Origin: a bacterium
GTDB taxonomy: Bacteria; Calditrichota; Calditrichia; RBG-13-44-9; J042
NCBI GenBank assembly: GCA_015485355.1
Contig: WFTQ01000084.1
Location: 10,104 to 74,103 of the forward strand
Direction: 5' to 3'
DNA: 64,000 bases
Below the pieces are notes generated by a model, which made no database searches, was not told the DNA's origin, and saw nothing but the letters and a program-made list of their open reading frames with translations. How positions within the stretch are numbered: the first letter of the stretch is position 1; every line of letters begins with the position of its first letter. A program made the position numbers and the translations under genes. Below are positions 27,504 through 37,444 of this stretch, piece after piece.

Positions 27504-29012
27504 CTACCGACCGCTTACAGGAAATTTCCGGGAGACTTCCGGCCCGTGGGTCTCATGGTCCCGGGCCAAATCTTCCAGGGCAGCCTGCAATGCATTGCGA
27601 AATGCTGCGGGACGAAACAGCGATACCCCCCGTTTGGCTCCCTCATTCAACATGTGAGCCAGCTGGTTTACCCGATGAAAGCGCTCGTACGCTTCCCGGG
27701 TGCGGAAAAGGGGGCCGATAGTCTTATTGGTTAACAGGGGATCGGCCTGGGATGGAAAATACCCATTCTCCACAGCCCTTTGATAGTCCACCGTCCCGGG
27801 AATGGGAGAAAAGGCCGCCAGGCGAATCAACACTCCCAGGCTATGGGCATAGAGCATGGTTTCCACAACCTCTTCGATCGATTGGGAGGGCAACCCCATC
27901 ATGATGTAGGTTTCTATATCCTTGGGTTGGTAACCCGCTTTGATCAGGTTTTGCACGGCGCGGGTCATCTCTCCGGGGGTAATTTTGTTGTGGATATCCC
28001 GGCGCCGTTCTCCGGCCACCGATTCCAGGCTGATGCGAATGGTGCGAAAATGGTTCGCATACAACAAATACGCCATCTCCTCATCAATAAAGCGCCCATG
28101 CAAGCCGTTGGGCGTATGAAAGCGCAGGCGATGGCGGTGACGCAATAATTCCCATAAAATCGGCTTGATGCGCCGTTCCGGTTGCATCAGCAGGGCATCG
28201 TCGTAAAAGGCCACGTCACGGACTCGGAACCGACGGGTCTGGGTCAGAATCTCTTCCACCACTTTATCCGGACGCCGCTGGGTAAACCGGCTATCAATCG
28301 TGTAGGTGGCACAAAAAGTGCACCGAAAAGGACACCCCCGGGAGGTCATCACGACCAGATAGTCCAGCTTGCGGTACAGATCGAATGCGGGATAGGGATA
28401 ATCGTCGATATCTTCCGGAGGGGATTCCGCCAGCGAGGGACAGTGAAGCCAGTCGGCCAGCAATTGAGCCACCGGCACCTCTCCGGGTCCCTGTATCAGG
28501 GCATCGGGTTGAATGACCCGGCGGGCATGATCGGGCATCAGGGTGGCATAGATTCCACCCAGGATCACAGGCACGCCCGGAAATACCTGGCGAACCATTT
28601 CGACGACCCGACGCGGGCCGGGATACCAATAGGTCATAAACGAGGTGACCAGAACGGCGTCTGGAGTCCCGCAACGCTGGAGCTCCCGGCGAAAAATATC
28701 TTCCGGAAGTCCATACCGGGCATATCGGCGAGGAATAAACGCCACCGGCGTCGGGGTGGGCACAACCTCCCGATGCCAAGGCCCGGTACCATATTTCCGA
28801 ATCTTCGGTCTTTCTCGACCCTGCCGCTGCAGCAACTCCGGATGGTACTTATCCAGACAATCGATAAAATCAACCCGAGCACCGCGGGCCCTTAAATAAG
28901 CCGCAATATACAACAATCCAATCGGTTTACTGAAATAATCATAAGCACTGAAATCGTAAATCCAGGGATTGATGCATAATACACGGGGTCTATCCATCGG
29001 CTTCCTGCTCAT
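27504..29012 (-). CDS. B12-binding domain radical SAM protein
   Basis: 502 aa. N-terminal cobalamin-binding Rossmann-like domain (RVLCINPW...LLYIAAYLRARGARVDFIDC), then the radical SAM core with VVMTSRGCPFRCTFCATY (CxxxCxxC). Class B rSAM architecture; substrate unknown. Confidence 0.8.
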   Translation of the reverse strand: MSRKPMDRPRVLCINPWIYDFSAYDYFSKPIGLLYIAAYLRARGARVDFIDCLDKYHPELLQRQGRERPKIRKYGTGPWHREVVPTPTPVAFIPRRYARYGLPEDIFRRELQRCGTPDAVLVTSFMTYWYPGPRRVVEMVRQVFPGVPVILGGIYATLMPDHARRVIQPDALIQGPGEVPVAQLLADWLHCPSLAESPPEDIDDYPYPAFDLYRKLDYLVVMTSRGCPFRCTFCATYTIDSRFTQRRPDKVVEEILTQTRRFRVRDVAFYDDALLMQPERRIKPILWELLRHRHRLRFHTPNGLHGRFIDEEMAYLLYANHFRTIRISLESVAGERRRDIHNKITPGEMTRAVQNLIKAGYQPKDIETYIMMGLPSQSIEEVVETMLYAHSLGVLIRLAAFSPIPGTVDYQRAVENGYFPSQADPLLTNKTIGPLFRTREAYERFHRVNQLAHMLNEGAKRGVSLFRPAAFRNALQAALEDLARDHETHGPEVSRKFPVSGR

Positions 29013-29360
29013 CGTTTATCACCCAGGCAATTTAGCCGCATCAAACGCGAAAATGCAATGCGAAATTCCCGCCGTATCGACAACTCGCCCATCTTTTTCA
29101 GTTGCGGTAAACGTCCACCGGATACCCCGGTGGGTTTAAACCGTAGGGGAAAGGGGGTTCACCGCGGCATTCAGCCACCTTTCGCTATCTTTTCTCTTCC
29201 TCTTGATTTTTCCGGAATGGGTTGGGAAGCTGCAACATCCCGAGCGAGGCCACCGGGTCCCCCCAAGCGGTTTGATTCGCCCCCATTCTGAGCCGGGGAT
29301 AAAGGATTATCAAAAAATTCCGACATTTTAACCTGCGGCAAAACGATAACGGCAGGCGGC

Positions 29361-30245
29361 ATGAGCACGTCAAAGCAACGGGAAAAGCGGAACGATTCGG
29401 TAATCTTGCTGATTCACTGTCCCGATCGGCGGGGACTGATTGCAGCGGTGACGGAATTCATCACCAAAAACCAGGGGAATATTATTTATTTGGACCAGTA
29501 CGTGGATCCCGTCCATCAAGTTTTTTTTATGCGCATCGAGTGGGAACTGGACAATTTTCTCATTCCCCGGGAAAAAATCGGCGAATATTTCGACACCCTA
29601 CTGGCCCGCCGGTTCCAAATGCAATGGAGCCTGTACTTTTCCCGGGAAGTGTTGCGGATGGCGATATTCGTATCGAAATTGCCTCATTGTCTGTACGACA
29701 TCCTATCCCGCTGGAAGACCGGGGAATTTGTCGTCGACATTCCCTTAATCCTCAGCAATCACCCGGACCTAAAAGCGGTGGCCGAGCAGTTTGGGGTGGA
29801 TTTTTACCATTTTCCGATCACCCCGGAGACCAAAATCGATCAAGAGCAAAGCGAGCTGGAGTTGCTTCGCAAGTATCGGATCGATTTTATTGTACTGGCG
29901 CGATATATGCAAATTCTCACCGAAAGGTTTGTACAACATTATCCCAATCGGATCATCAATATTCACCATTCGTTTCTACCGGCATTTCCGGGAGCCCGGC
30001 CCTACCATTCGGCCTACGAACGGGGCGTTAAAGTCATTGGCGCCACCAGTCACTATGTGACCGCTGCCCTGGATGAAGGTCCCATCATCGAACAGGACGT
30101 GGTTCGGGTCAGCCATACCGATACCCTATCCGATTTCATCCGCAAGGGACGAGACCTGGAAAAAGTGGTGCTGGCAAGGGCCGTCTGGCTTCATCTGCAG
30201 CACAAAACCCTGGTCTATCAAAACCGCACCATCGTCTTCACCTGA
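29361..30245 (+). CDS. purU: formyltetrahydrofolate deformylase
   Basis: 294 aa. N-terminal ACT domain (VILLIHCPDRRGLIAAVTEF) and C-terminal formyltransferase domain with the INIHHSFLPAFPG and HYVTAALDEGPII motifs typical of PurU. Confidence 0.85.
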   Translation: MSTSKQREKRNDSVILLIHCPDRRGLIAAVTEFITKNQGNIIYLDQYVDPVHQVFFMRIEWELDNFLIPREKIGEYFDTLLARRFQMQWSLYFSREVLRMAIFVSKLPHCLYDILSRWKTGEFVVDIPLILSNHPDLKAVAEQFGVDFYHFPITPETKIDQEQSELELLRKYRIDFIVLARYMQILTERFVQHYPNRIINIHHSFLPAFPGARPYHSAYERGVKVIGATSHYVTAALDEGPIIEQDVVRVSHTDTLSDFIRKGRDLEKVVLARAVWLHLQHKTLVYQNRTIVFT

Positions 30246-30407
30246 ACAAAGCGCTCTTCAGCCCGCTAACCAGGGAATGGGGACATTCCCCACGGGAAAT
30301 GTTGGGAAAAGGCTTGAAATATCCCTAAAAACTTTCTAAATTGGGCCGCCCTCGGGGAAAGGAGGGAAGGAGAACCGGGATTTTTCGGAAGCAGGGAAGG
30401 ATTCCAA

Positions 30408-30482
30408 CGGGGCGTAGCGCAGCCTGGTTAGCGCGCTTGGTTCGGGACCAAGAGGTCGCCAGTTCAAATCTGGCCGCCCCGA
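30408..30482 (+). tRNA. tRNA-Pro (anticodon CGG)
   Basis: Manual cloverleaf: acceptor CGGGGCG/CGCCCCG, D-stem GCGC, anticodon stem CTTGG/CCAAG with loop TTCGGGA (anticodon CGG), T-stem GCCAG/CTGGC with TTCAAAT loop, discriminator A. CCA not encoded. Confidence 0.9.
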
Positions 30483-30734
30483 CTATCCTCTTCAGGCTCC
30501 GCTTCCTTTTCAACGGGCATTTCCCGGTTTATCGGGATCGACAATCCTTTCAGGGCGATGGCGACACCTGCGTTCGAGCGGGCGGCGTTCCTCCCCCAAT
30601 CGGAACGGCTTTATCGGGAAAAGTTACCCACCCAACGATTCCATGCCGAACGGCGGGACAGGGGGTTTCACCGCCGGACGACCGAAAGCCAATCCTTCCC
30701 GCCATTTTTTGCAGGCAATCCGCTTCACAGACCC

Positions 30735-31568
30735 TCAATCGCTCAACCTCAGGGAAACCAGGATCCCGAAACCAATCATCAAGAGACCCACGGCGCCTTC
30801 GGCGAAGCTTTCCGGCCAACCGGGGAAAATCGCAAATAGGGAAGCCACCACCAAGCCCAGAATGAAATAAAAGGTCTCCCGGGGGAATGTTTTCAATAAC
30901 ATTTCGATGGCCCTGGCAAAAGACCAGACACCCAGAAGGATGCCGGTGCCCAGAACAGCCAGAGGCACTAGATCCATATGTTTAACGGCCCGAATAACCA
31001 CTTCATATTGTCCCAAAAGCACCAGCATAAAGGAGCCGCTGATACCCGGAACAATCATGGAGCCGCCGGAGAGCACCCCGGCAAGCAACAGGAGGCCGAC
31101 GGCCGCCGCCGAAAACTGGAAGGCGCTACCGCTTGTTTCCACGGTAGGGTTGTCCTTCGACAACAGGGTAAAAAACAGGATCAGGCCCGCGCCGCCCAAA
31201 AAAACCAATCCCGCCAGCGGGGATAAACGCATATCCGAATGGGAACGATAAATGGAAGGAATAGAACCGGCAATCAATCCAATAAAGAATAGATAGGTAT
31301 ATCCGGGGTAATGGGTCAAGAGATAGTCCATGATCCAGGAAAAAACCAGAATGGCCAGAATGGCGCCCATACCAACCTTAAGCAGGAACTTGACATACTC
31401 CCATCGTCGCTTCCGATTGCTTACCACTTCTCCAATGGCCTCAATGAGCGGTTCATAAATGCCCAGCACCACGGCCATGGTTCCGCCGGACACCCCCGGG
31501 ATAATGTTGGCGATACCGATCAACCCGCCCTTGAGCATCAGTTTAATCTGTTCTTTCATAATGGCCAC
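30735..31568 (-). CDS. polytopic membrane protein with internal duplication (DUF368/UppP-like repeats), hypothetical
   Basis: 277 aa, about 8 TM. Two repeated motifs PGVSGGTMAVVLG and PGISGSFMLVLLG resemble the duplicated PG(I/V)S-x-SG loops of the DUF368 and undecaprenyl-diphosphatase families. The exact family is not certain. Confidence 0.45.
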   Translation of the reverse strand: MAIMKEQIKLMLKGGLIGIANIIPGVSGGTMAVVLGIYEPLIEAIGEVVSNRKRRWEYVKFLLKVGMGAILAILVFSWIMDYLLTHYPGYTYLFFIGLIAGSIPSIYRSHSDMRLSPLAGLVFLGGAGLILFFTLLSKDNPTVETSGSAFQFSAAAVGLLLLAGVLSGGSMIVPGISGSFMLVLLGQYEVVIRAVKHMDLVPLAVLGTGILLGVWSFARAIEMLLKTFPRETFYFILGLVVASLFAIFPGWPESFAEGAVGLLMIGFGILVSLRLSD

Positions 31569-32194
31569 CCTTTCTTGCCGATCAGTGGAACAAACTGAAA
31601 CACTTCCAATTCCGTTTCGATGAACCGATCGTTTATTCGGTCGATGGTCTTTAATTTCTGCTGGTGTGTCGGCCCCACCGGAACAAGCAACCGGCCTCCT
31701 TCCGCCAGTTGATCCCGTAGAGGGACAGGCACTTGGGGGGTCCCTGCGGTAACCAGGATGCGATCAAAAGGTGCCTGAGAGGGCCATCCCAGACTCCCGT
31801 CCCCGACCATGATGGCCACCCGGTAATATCCCAATCTTTCCAGCACCCGGCGGGCTTTTTGTGCCAATTGGGGAATCCGCTCGATGGAAAACACCCGGTC
31901 GCACAATTCCGCCAGCAGAGCCGTTTGGTATCCGCTACCGGTACCCACCTCCAGAACCTTCTCCCGTCCCGACAGCTCCAGCAACGCCGTCATCAAGGCC
32001 ACCGTGCCGGGATGAGAAATGGTTTGCCCGTATCCGATGGGCAGGGATTTTCCCGCATAGGCCTGGTTGCGCATGGCCGGATCCACAAACAGGTGGCGGG
32101 GTACCTTCCGGAAAGCAGCAATCACCCGTTGGTCCCGAATTCCAGCGCCTTTTACCCACTGATGTACCATCTGACCCCGCTGTTTCTCATACAT
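31556..32194 (-). CDS. pcm: protein-L-isoaspartate O-methyltransferase
   Basis: 212 aa. SAM-binding motif VLEVGTGSGYQTALLAEL, preceded by the substrate-recognition segment GQTISHPGTVALMTALL typical of PCMT. Confidence 0.85.
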   Translation of the reverse strand: MYEKQRGQMVHQWVKGAGIRDQRVIAAFRKVPRHLFVDPAMRNQAYAGKSLPIGYGQTISHPGTVALMTALLELSGREKVLEVGTGSGYQTALLAELCDRVFSIERIPQLAQKARRVLERLGYYRVAIMVGDGSLGWPSQAPFDRILVTAGTPQVPVPLRDQLAEGGRLLVPVGPTHQQKLKTIDRINDRFIETELEVFQFVPLIGKKGWPL

Positions 32195-32984
32195 GGCCCA
32201 ACCACCTCTGAAATGCCAATGTACCCATTAACAAAATGAAATCGAGGGTATCGGGGAGATGTTTAATGGCGCTGGGCTCTCCCCGATACACCGTGGGTAT
32301 TTCCACAAATACCATGGTTGCTTTTCGCCATCCCAGACGCACGGCCATCTCGCTCTCCAGATGAAACCCGTCCCGTTGCATGGGGAGCCTTTGCAGCACC
32401 GAACGTCGGTAAAGCCGGAAGCCGCATTGGCTATCGCGAATCAAACGCCCCACCATCAGGGATATGATCAGCGAAGTGAGCAGATTGGACAGAATACGAT
32501 GAAAAGGCATCACCCCGGGGATTCGGCGGCGGTATCCCAGCACGACATCGGCGGCGGAACGGGTGAATGCCTGCAAAAATTGGGGTATATATTCCGGTGG
32601 ATGTTGCAGATCCCCATCCATGGTTAAGATGGCTTCCACTTCTTTTCTGGCACCGAAAAATTGAAATCCGGTCTTCAGGGCCCTTCCCTTGCCCCGATTC
32701 CGTGGATGCCGCAACCGGTGGACGAGCAAATCGGGAATGATCCAGGAACCGATGGGAGGTTCAGAACCATCATCCACAATGAGGACTTCCATCCGCCAGG
32801 GGCGAATCCGTTCCTGAACCCGACTTAATTCCTGCAACAATTGAGGTAAGAAACGCGCGGCATTATATACGGGGACGATCACCCCGACCACCGGCCCGGA
32901 GGACGGTTCTACAGCCATATTGGACATCCTCACGCTTTTCGGGGAGGTGTTCCCGAGGCTGTCTTTTGTTGCCCGAAGTGCCAC
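32187..32984 (-). CDS. family 2 glycosyltransferase (polyprenyl-phosphate sugar transferase-like)
   Basis: 265 aa. VVGVIVPVYNAARFLPQLL, EVLIVDDGSEPP and MDGDLQHPPEYIP (DxD/QxxRW-like region), with a C-terminal TM segment; typical of DPM1/ArnC-like GT2 enzymes. Confidence 0.75.
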   Translation of the reverse strand: MALRATKDSLGNTSPKSVRMSNMAVEPSSGPVVGVIVPVYNAARFLPQLLQELSRVQERIRPWRMEVLIVDDGSEPPIGSWIIPDLLVHRLRHPRNRGKGRALKTGFQFFGARKEVEAILTMDGDLQHPPEYIPQFLQAFTRSAADVVLGYRRRIPGVMPFHRILSNLLTSLIISLMVGRLIRDSQCGFRLYRRSVLQRLPMQRDGFHLESEMAVRLGWRKATMVFVEIPTVYRGEPSAIKHLPDTLDFILLMGTLAFQRWLGHV

Positions 32985-33194
32985 GTGCCGGTCTTTCTCC
33001 TGTTACTTGAGTCTACCGCCCTCTCATCCGATACGGCCGCTGTTTGCGCCCTTCCGGTTTCCCAGGCCGGTGTTTTGCCCACGGCTTCTTGCAGACGCCA
33101 CCTCGCGATGGATACCCTTGCCGGGCCGGTAGAGGACTTCCGGCTTTCCCTGAGCCGGTCACCTCCAAGGGATTGCGCCCTGCCGGGGGCACTA

Positions 33195-33223
33195 AAAGAA
33201 AAGGGGAATCTTCCGATTCCCCT
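33195..33223 (-). terminator. rho-independent terminator downstream of tRNA-Pro(GGG)
   Basis: On the minus strand, GGGGAATC-ggaa-GATTCCCC followed by TTTCTTTT. Confidence 0.5.
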
Positions 33224-33231
33224 TTGGTCGT

Positions 33232-33306
33232 CGGAGCGACTGGATTCGAACCAGCGACCCCCACCACCCCAAGGTGGTGCGCTATCCAGGCTGCGCCACG
33301 CTCCGA
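33232..33306 (-). tRNA. tRNA-Pro (anticodon GGG)
   Basis: Reverse complement folds as acceptor CGGAGCG/CGCTCCG, D-stem GCGC, anticodon stem CCACC/GGTGG with loop TTGGGGT (anticodon GGG, G37), T-stem GCTGG/CCAGT (one G-U pair), TTCGAAT loop, discriminator A. Confidence 0.9.
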
Positions 33307-33489
33307 CATTTCGACATAAAATTTATAAAAGCCGGCATTCAAAATCAAGCCTTTTGGAAACTCGGGTCATCCCCGTTCGAAATATAATCATTTTATTTTC
33401 AAACAATTATCCCCCTTCCCAACCGTTCCCTCCACCCCGTTTTTACCTCCGCTTTTCCGAAAACGGTTTCCCCATATCCTTTCGGGGAG

Positions 33490-33849
33490 TCATGAATCTT
33501 TGTCAAGCAAGTCCAGAATCTCCTGAATCTCCAGCTTGATTTCGGCCAGCAATACTTTCCACTTTATATTTTCCCCACCATCCTTATGCTGCCGAAAGTC
33601 TTTTAACCGCCGGCGGATCTCATCGTCGGACAATTTCTCCTCCACAATCCATTTTTTGATGTAGAAAAGCATTTCCAGGTCTTTTTCCACATAATATCGA
33701 TTCCCCCCCCGGTTACGAATCGGTTGCAGTTGGGGGAATTTTTTTTCCCAATTCTTCAATAGATAATCGTTAACGCCCACCATATCGCACACCTGACGGA
33801 GCGAATAGTAGAGTTTTTTCCGAGGTTTTTGAATGCGCATGGGCATCAT
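33490..33849 (-). CDS. MerR-family HTH transcriptional regulator (small)
   Basis: 119 aa. YYSLRQVCDMVGVNDYLLKNWEKKFPQL...NRGGNRYYVEKDLEMLFYIKKWI matches the MerR-type HTH plus wing pattern (ys..eva...gv....lR.YE......P.r...g.R.Y...dl..l..I). C-terminal coiled coil. Confidence 0.55.
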   Translation of the reverse strand: MMPMRIQKPRKKLYYSLRQVCDMVGVNDYLLKNWEKKFPQLQPIRNRGGNRYYVEKDLEMLFYIKKWIVEEKLSDDEIRRRLKDFRQHKDGGENIKWKVLLAEIKLEIQEILDLLDKDS

Positions 33850-33887
33850 TCCCGACTTTCGATAGGGGAATATAAATACGGGGATTC

Positions 33888-34721
33888 TTATTTATCAAGG
33901 AATAAATGCCTCCGGAAGAGCAACTGATAGATTGGGGTCAACACCGCCGGCCAGCGGAGCATGGCCAGGGATAAGCGCAGAGGGAGCCCCGGTCTGCCAT
34001 TTAACTTGCAGGAAAGCTGCCGGGGAGCGTCGAAGGGGAAAACGGTCAAACGCGGAAGCGCGAAGGCATCGGGGGCCGAAACGTCCCAGAACACGTTCCC
34101 CAACCCGAACCGATATCCAGCCCGACGAGCCGCTCGGAGCACCCGGCGGTTATATAATCCAAAGGGATAGGCGAGGGTGACCACTTGATCGCGAAGGCCG
34201 TTTTCCAGCACCCTGCGAGATTCTCGTAATTCTCTTTCCAGCGCCCGATGATTCAAAAACGGCAGGGCCCGGTGGGTCAAAGAATGGGACGCAATTTCCC
34301 AGCCCTGACTGTGCAACTCCTTCAATTGGGCCCAATCCAGATGCCGGAATGACCGCCCGCCCAGGTTTACATCCCATCCATTGGTCCGCCCTACGAATCC
34401 GGCCACCATACAAACCACCGCCCGGAATCCCAGGGCCTGTAAAACCGGAAATGCCTCCCGGTAAACCGATTCCAGTCCATCGTCGAAGGATAAGATGACG
34501 GGGCGCGCGGGCAAAGGACGGTTTTCCAGGATATCGCGAAAAGTAACGCTCCGAAACCCGTGATCCTGCAAAAACTGGACATGTCGGCGGAATCTGCCCG
34601 GATGAACGGTGGTGACGCCCGGCTCCAGGCGGCTGTCGACTTTGTGATAAACCAGGATGGGAATCCCCTTCAAGCTATCCAGGGCCCTACGGCTCAGCAG
34701 CGGTGTCCTCCTCTGCTTCAA
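33888..34721 (-). CDS. polysaccharide deacetylase family protein (CE4)
   Basis: 277 aa. NodB-homology motifs ILSFDDG (TFDDG-like motif 1), HSLTHRAL (H-x-x-H-like region) and LAYPFGLYN (motif 5-like). Confidence 0.75.
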   Translation of the reverse strand: MKQRRTPLLSRRALDSLKGIPILVYHKVDSRLEPGVTTVHPGRFRRHVQFLQDHGFRSVTFRDILENRPLPARPVILSFDDGLESVYREAFPVLQALGFRAVVCMVAGFVGRTNGWDVNLGGRSFRHLDWAQLKELHSQGWEIASHSLTHRALPFLNHRALERELRESRRVLENGLRDQVVTLAYPFGLYNRRVLRAARRAGYRFGLGNVFWDVSAPDAFALPRLTVFPFDAPRQLSCKLNGRPGLPLRLSLAMLRWPAVLTPIYQLLFRRHLFLDK

Positions 34722-35823
34722 CCTTCAGGTGGTAAACCGGAACGGAAAGGGCCTGTGCCAGAAAGGCGTTGGTCACATGGCCCTCATAGATGGCCAAACC
34801 ACTACGCAATTGGGCATCCTGGCGCACGGCTTCTTCGAAACCCATTTCGGCAATGCGTTCCAGGTAAGGCCAGAAGGCGCTGCTCAACGCCTGCGACGCC
34901 GTGATGGGGACCACCCCGGCCAGGTTGGGCACACAATAATGGATGACGCCGTCCACAACAAAAATAGGGTTGGCGTGGGTGGTCGCCTTACTGGTTTCGA
35001 CGTTGCCCCCACGATCGACAGCGACATCGACAATGACGCCGCCCCGGGGCAATAAGGCCACCATTTTTTTACTGATCAATACCGGAGAACGAGCATCCGG
35101 TTGATGCACGGCGGTGATCAGTAGATCGGTTTGGGGCAAGACCTGGAGCAGGTGTTCTTCCGTACTCAGCAGGGTTTCCACATTGGGCGGCAGGTTGTTC
35201 CGAATCTCCTCCAATCGCCGAAACTCTTTATCTAATAACACTACATGGGCCCCCAATTGGGCGGCCATCCGGGCGGCAAAATAGCCCACGGCACCGGCTC
35301 CCAGTATGGTGACCCGCGTGGGAGGAACGCCCGTAATGTTGGCCAGCAGTTTTCCTCGACCACTGTTTTGTTTTTCCAGAAAAAACATGCCTTGCTGCAC
35401 GGCCATCTTCCCGGCGATCTCGCCGTTGATGGCCATCATAGGCCGCTTACCGTCCCGCGTCATGAACATCTCGTAAGCAAAACAGCTACAGCCTTTCCCC
35501 AGCAGATTGCGAGCCAGATCCAGATTGTTCACAAAATTGAAAAAGGCAAAAATTTTGTGTTCGGGACGAATCAGGTCATACTCCACCGGCATGGGGCCCT
35601 GGATCTTTAAAATGACTTCCGCCTGGGAATACAACTTCTCCGAAGAAGGAACAACCAGGGCACCCACTTTTTCGTAGGCTTCATTGGACACTAAACTGTC
35701 TTCTCCCGCGCGAGCCTCCACCAGCACCTGATGCCCCCGCTTCACCAGTTCCTTTACCACAAAAGGCATGGCCCCCACCCGATATTCGTGAGGCCGAATT
35801 TCCAGAGGTATGCCAAAGATCAT
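34687..35823 (-). CDS. ald: alanine dehydrogenase / AlaDH-PNT family NAD-dependent dehydrogenase
   Basis: 378 aa. N-terminal AlaDH/PNT domain (IFGIPLEIRPHEYRVGAMPFVVKELVKRGHQVLVE) and NAD-binding GxGxxG ILGAGAVGYFAARMAAQLGAHVVLLD. Length fits alanine dehydrogenase. Confidence 0.65.
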   Translation of the reverse strand: MIFGIPLEIRPHEYRVGAMPFVVKELVKRGHQVLVEARAGEDSLVSNEAYEKVGALVVPSSEKLYSQAEVILKIQGPMPVEYDLIRPEHKIFAFFNFVNNLDLARNLLGKGCSCFAYEMFMTRDGKRPMMAINGEIAGKMAVQQGMFFLEKQNSGRGKLLANITGVPPTRVTILGAGAVGYFAARMAAQLGAHVVLLDKEFRRLEEIRNNLPPNVETLLSTEEHLLQVLPQTDLLITAVHQPDARSPVLISKKMVALLPRGGVIVDVAVDRGGNVETSKATTHANPIFVVDGVIHYCVPNLAGVVPITASQALSSAFWPYLERIAEMGFEEAVRQDAQLRSGLAIYEGHVTNAFLAQALSVPVYHLKVEAEEDTAAEP

Positions 35824-35835
35824 CGTCAGTGACTC

Positions 35836-37086
35836 CTAATTTGCTTTTTGGGGAACAAAAACAACCTTTACGGCCTTATCCGGATCCAGAATCCGCCGGG
35901 TCAATTCCCAGAGGCTTTCCCGATCCACCCGATCGATGGCCTCCAGCACGGCGTCGATGGTCTCCAGCTTTCGACGATAAATCTCCATTTTCCCCAGACG
36001 CGACATCCGCCGTGCGGTGCTCTCCAGACCCAGCATTAAACTCCCCTTTAACTGAGATTTGGTCTGGTGCAATTCTTCCGGTTTCGGCGGATTGTCTCGC
36101 AGGTCTTGCAGCTCCCTCTCCAGCAGCCCCTCGGCCCGTTCCAGGTTTTTCATGTCGGTGCCCAGATAAATACTCAACAAGCCGATATCAAAATAGGTAT
36201 CGATGAAGGAATAAATCGAATAGGCCACACCATGCTTCTCTCGAATATTCTGGAACAGGCGGGAACTCATTCCACCACCCAGCAGAGTATTCAAGACCAG
36301 GAGTTCATACTTCCGGGGATGGTGATACGGGAGCGCCGGAAACCCGACACAAATATGAGACTGGTTAATGGGCTTCGGGTAAACCCATTCGCCCCTTCCC
36401 AGATGGTCCGGCGAATGCACCGTCCAGGGATGGTTGGATTCGGAGAAGGTAAAATGACGGGAGCACAATTCCACCAATTCTTCATGCCGTAAATTTCCCG
36501 CGGCGGCGATCACCATATTGCGAGCCGAATAAAACCGGCGATAGAATGCCACCAGATCGTTCCGGGAAAGCCGGGAAACCGTCTTTGCCTCGCCCAAAAT
36601 GGGAAAACCCAGCGCGTGATCCGGAAAAAGAGCCCGAATCATATAATCCTGGATCAATTCGTCGGGGCTGTCCTCCAGCGAGTGGATCTCGTCCAGAATC
36701 ACCAACCGCTCTTTTTCCATTTCCTCTGCCGAAAATCGAGAGCATAATAAAATATCCGATAACACGTCCACGGCACGGGGTAGATACTCGTCCAGAATTT
36801 CGGCATAGTAACAGGTCAGATCTTTACTGGTATAGGCATTTAAATGACCGCCAACCGATTCCAGGCTTCGAGCGATCTCCAAGGGACTCCGACGATCGGT
36901 TCCTTTAAACATCATATGCTCCAAGAAATGGGCAATGCCGTTGTTCTCGGCCGTTTCGAACCGGGTTCCCGTTTTGACCCACACACCTATGGATACGGAA
37001 CGAACCGAAGGGATCTGTTCGGAGATGACCGTCAATCCGGAAGGCAACACGCTCCGATTGATTTTTGCCTCTACCATGGTTTCCAT
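35836..37086 (-). CDS. M16 family zinc peptidase (insulinase-like)
   Basis: 416 aa. Inverted zinc-binding motif HFLEHMMFKG (HxxEH) plus the downstream glutamate region; two-domain M16 architecture. Confidence 0.8.
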   Translation of the reverse strand: METMVEAKINRSVLPSGLTVISEQIPSVRSVSIGVWVKTGTRFETAENNGIAHFLEHMMFKGTDRRSPLEIARSLESVGGHLNAYTSKDLTCYYAEILDEYLPRAVDVLSDILLCSRFSAEEMEKERLVILDEIHSLEDSPDELIQDYMIRALFPDHALGFPILGEAKTVSRLSRNDLVAFYRRFYSARNMVIAAAGNLRHEELVELCSRHFTFSESNHPWTVHSPDHLGRGEWVYPKPINQSHICVGFPALPYHHPRKYELLVLNTLLGGGMSSRLFQNIREKHGVAYSIYSFIDTYFDIGLLSIYLGTDMKNLERAEGLLERELQDLRDNPPKPEELHQTKSQLKGSLMLGLESTARRMSRLGKMEIYRRKLETIDAVLEAIDRVDRESLWELTRRILDPDKAVKVVFVPQKAN

Positions 37087-37384
37087 CGTATGCTCATCCC
37101 TTTCATCAATTTACAGTCGATTCTCCGGCGGTGCAACGGCGCGTCCCCGACGGCGCTGTTTAAGCATCATTCTCCATTTCCACGCCTTGGGTATTGCTGC
37201 CTTCGTCGTCTTTCGATCGCTTCCGCGCCACCTCTCTCCCTTCTGTCCTCCCGGATGGGGAATCCCGACACCACCGCGGGAGCCGTCCGGGATTTTTTCT
37301 CTCTTAATGCCAACGCTCACCGATGCTTTACCATTTTCGGCATTTTGCCTCTCCCGCTTCACAGCAACGGCCATGGAGGTGGAA

Positions 37385-37416
37385 TAAAAAACGGGAAACC
37401 CACGTCGGGATTCCCG
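37385..37416 (-). terminator. rho-independent terminator after pnp
   Basis: On the minus strand, CGGGAA-tcccgacgtgggt-TTCCCG followed by TTTTTT, 30 bp after the pnp stop. Confidence 0.55.
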
Positions 37417-37444
37417 CATGTCAGATTCGGCATCCTAAGCGTGT

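Noticed and set aside
29013-29360. ZTP (pfl) or THF riboswitch upstream of purU
   Set aside because: purU is a plausible ZTP target, but the conserved CCGGGCGGA / CCGCCUGGGC pseudoknot elements are absent; only an isolated 7-bp hairpin is present.
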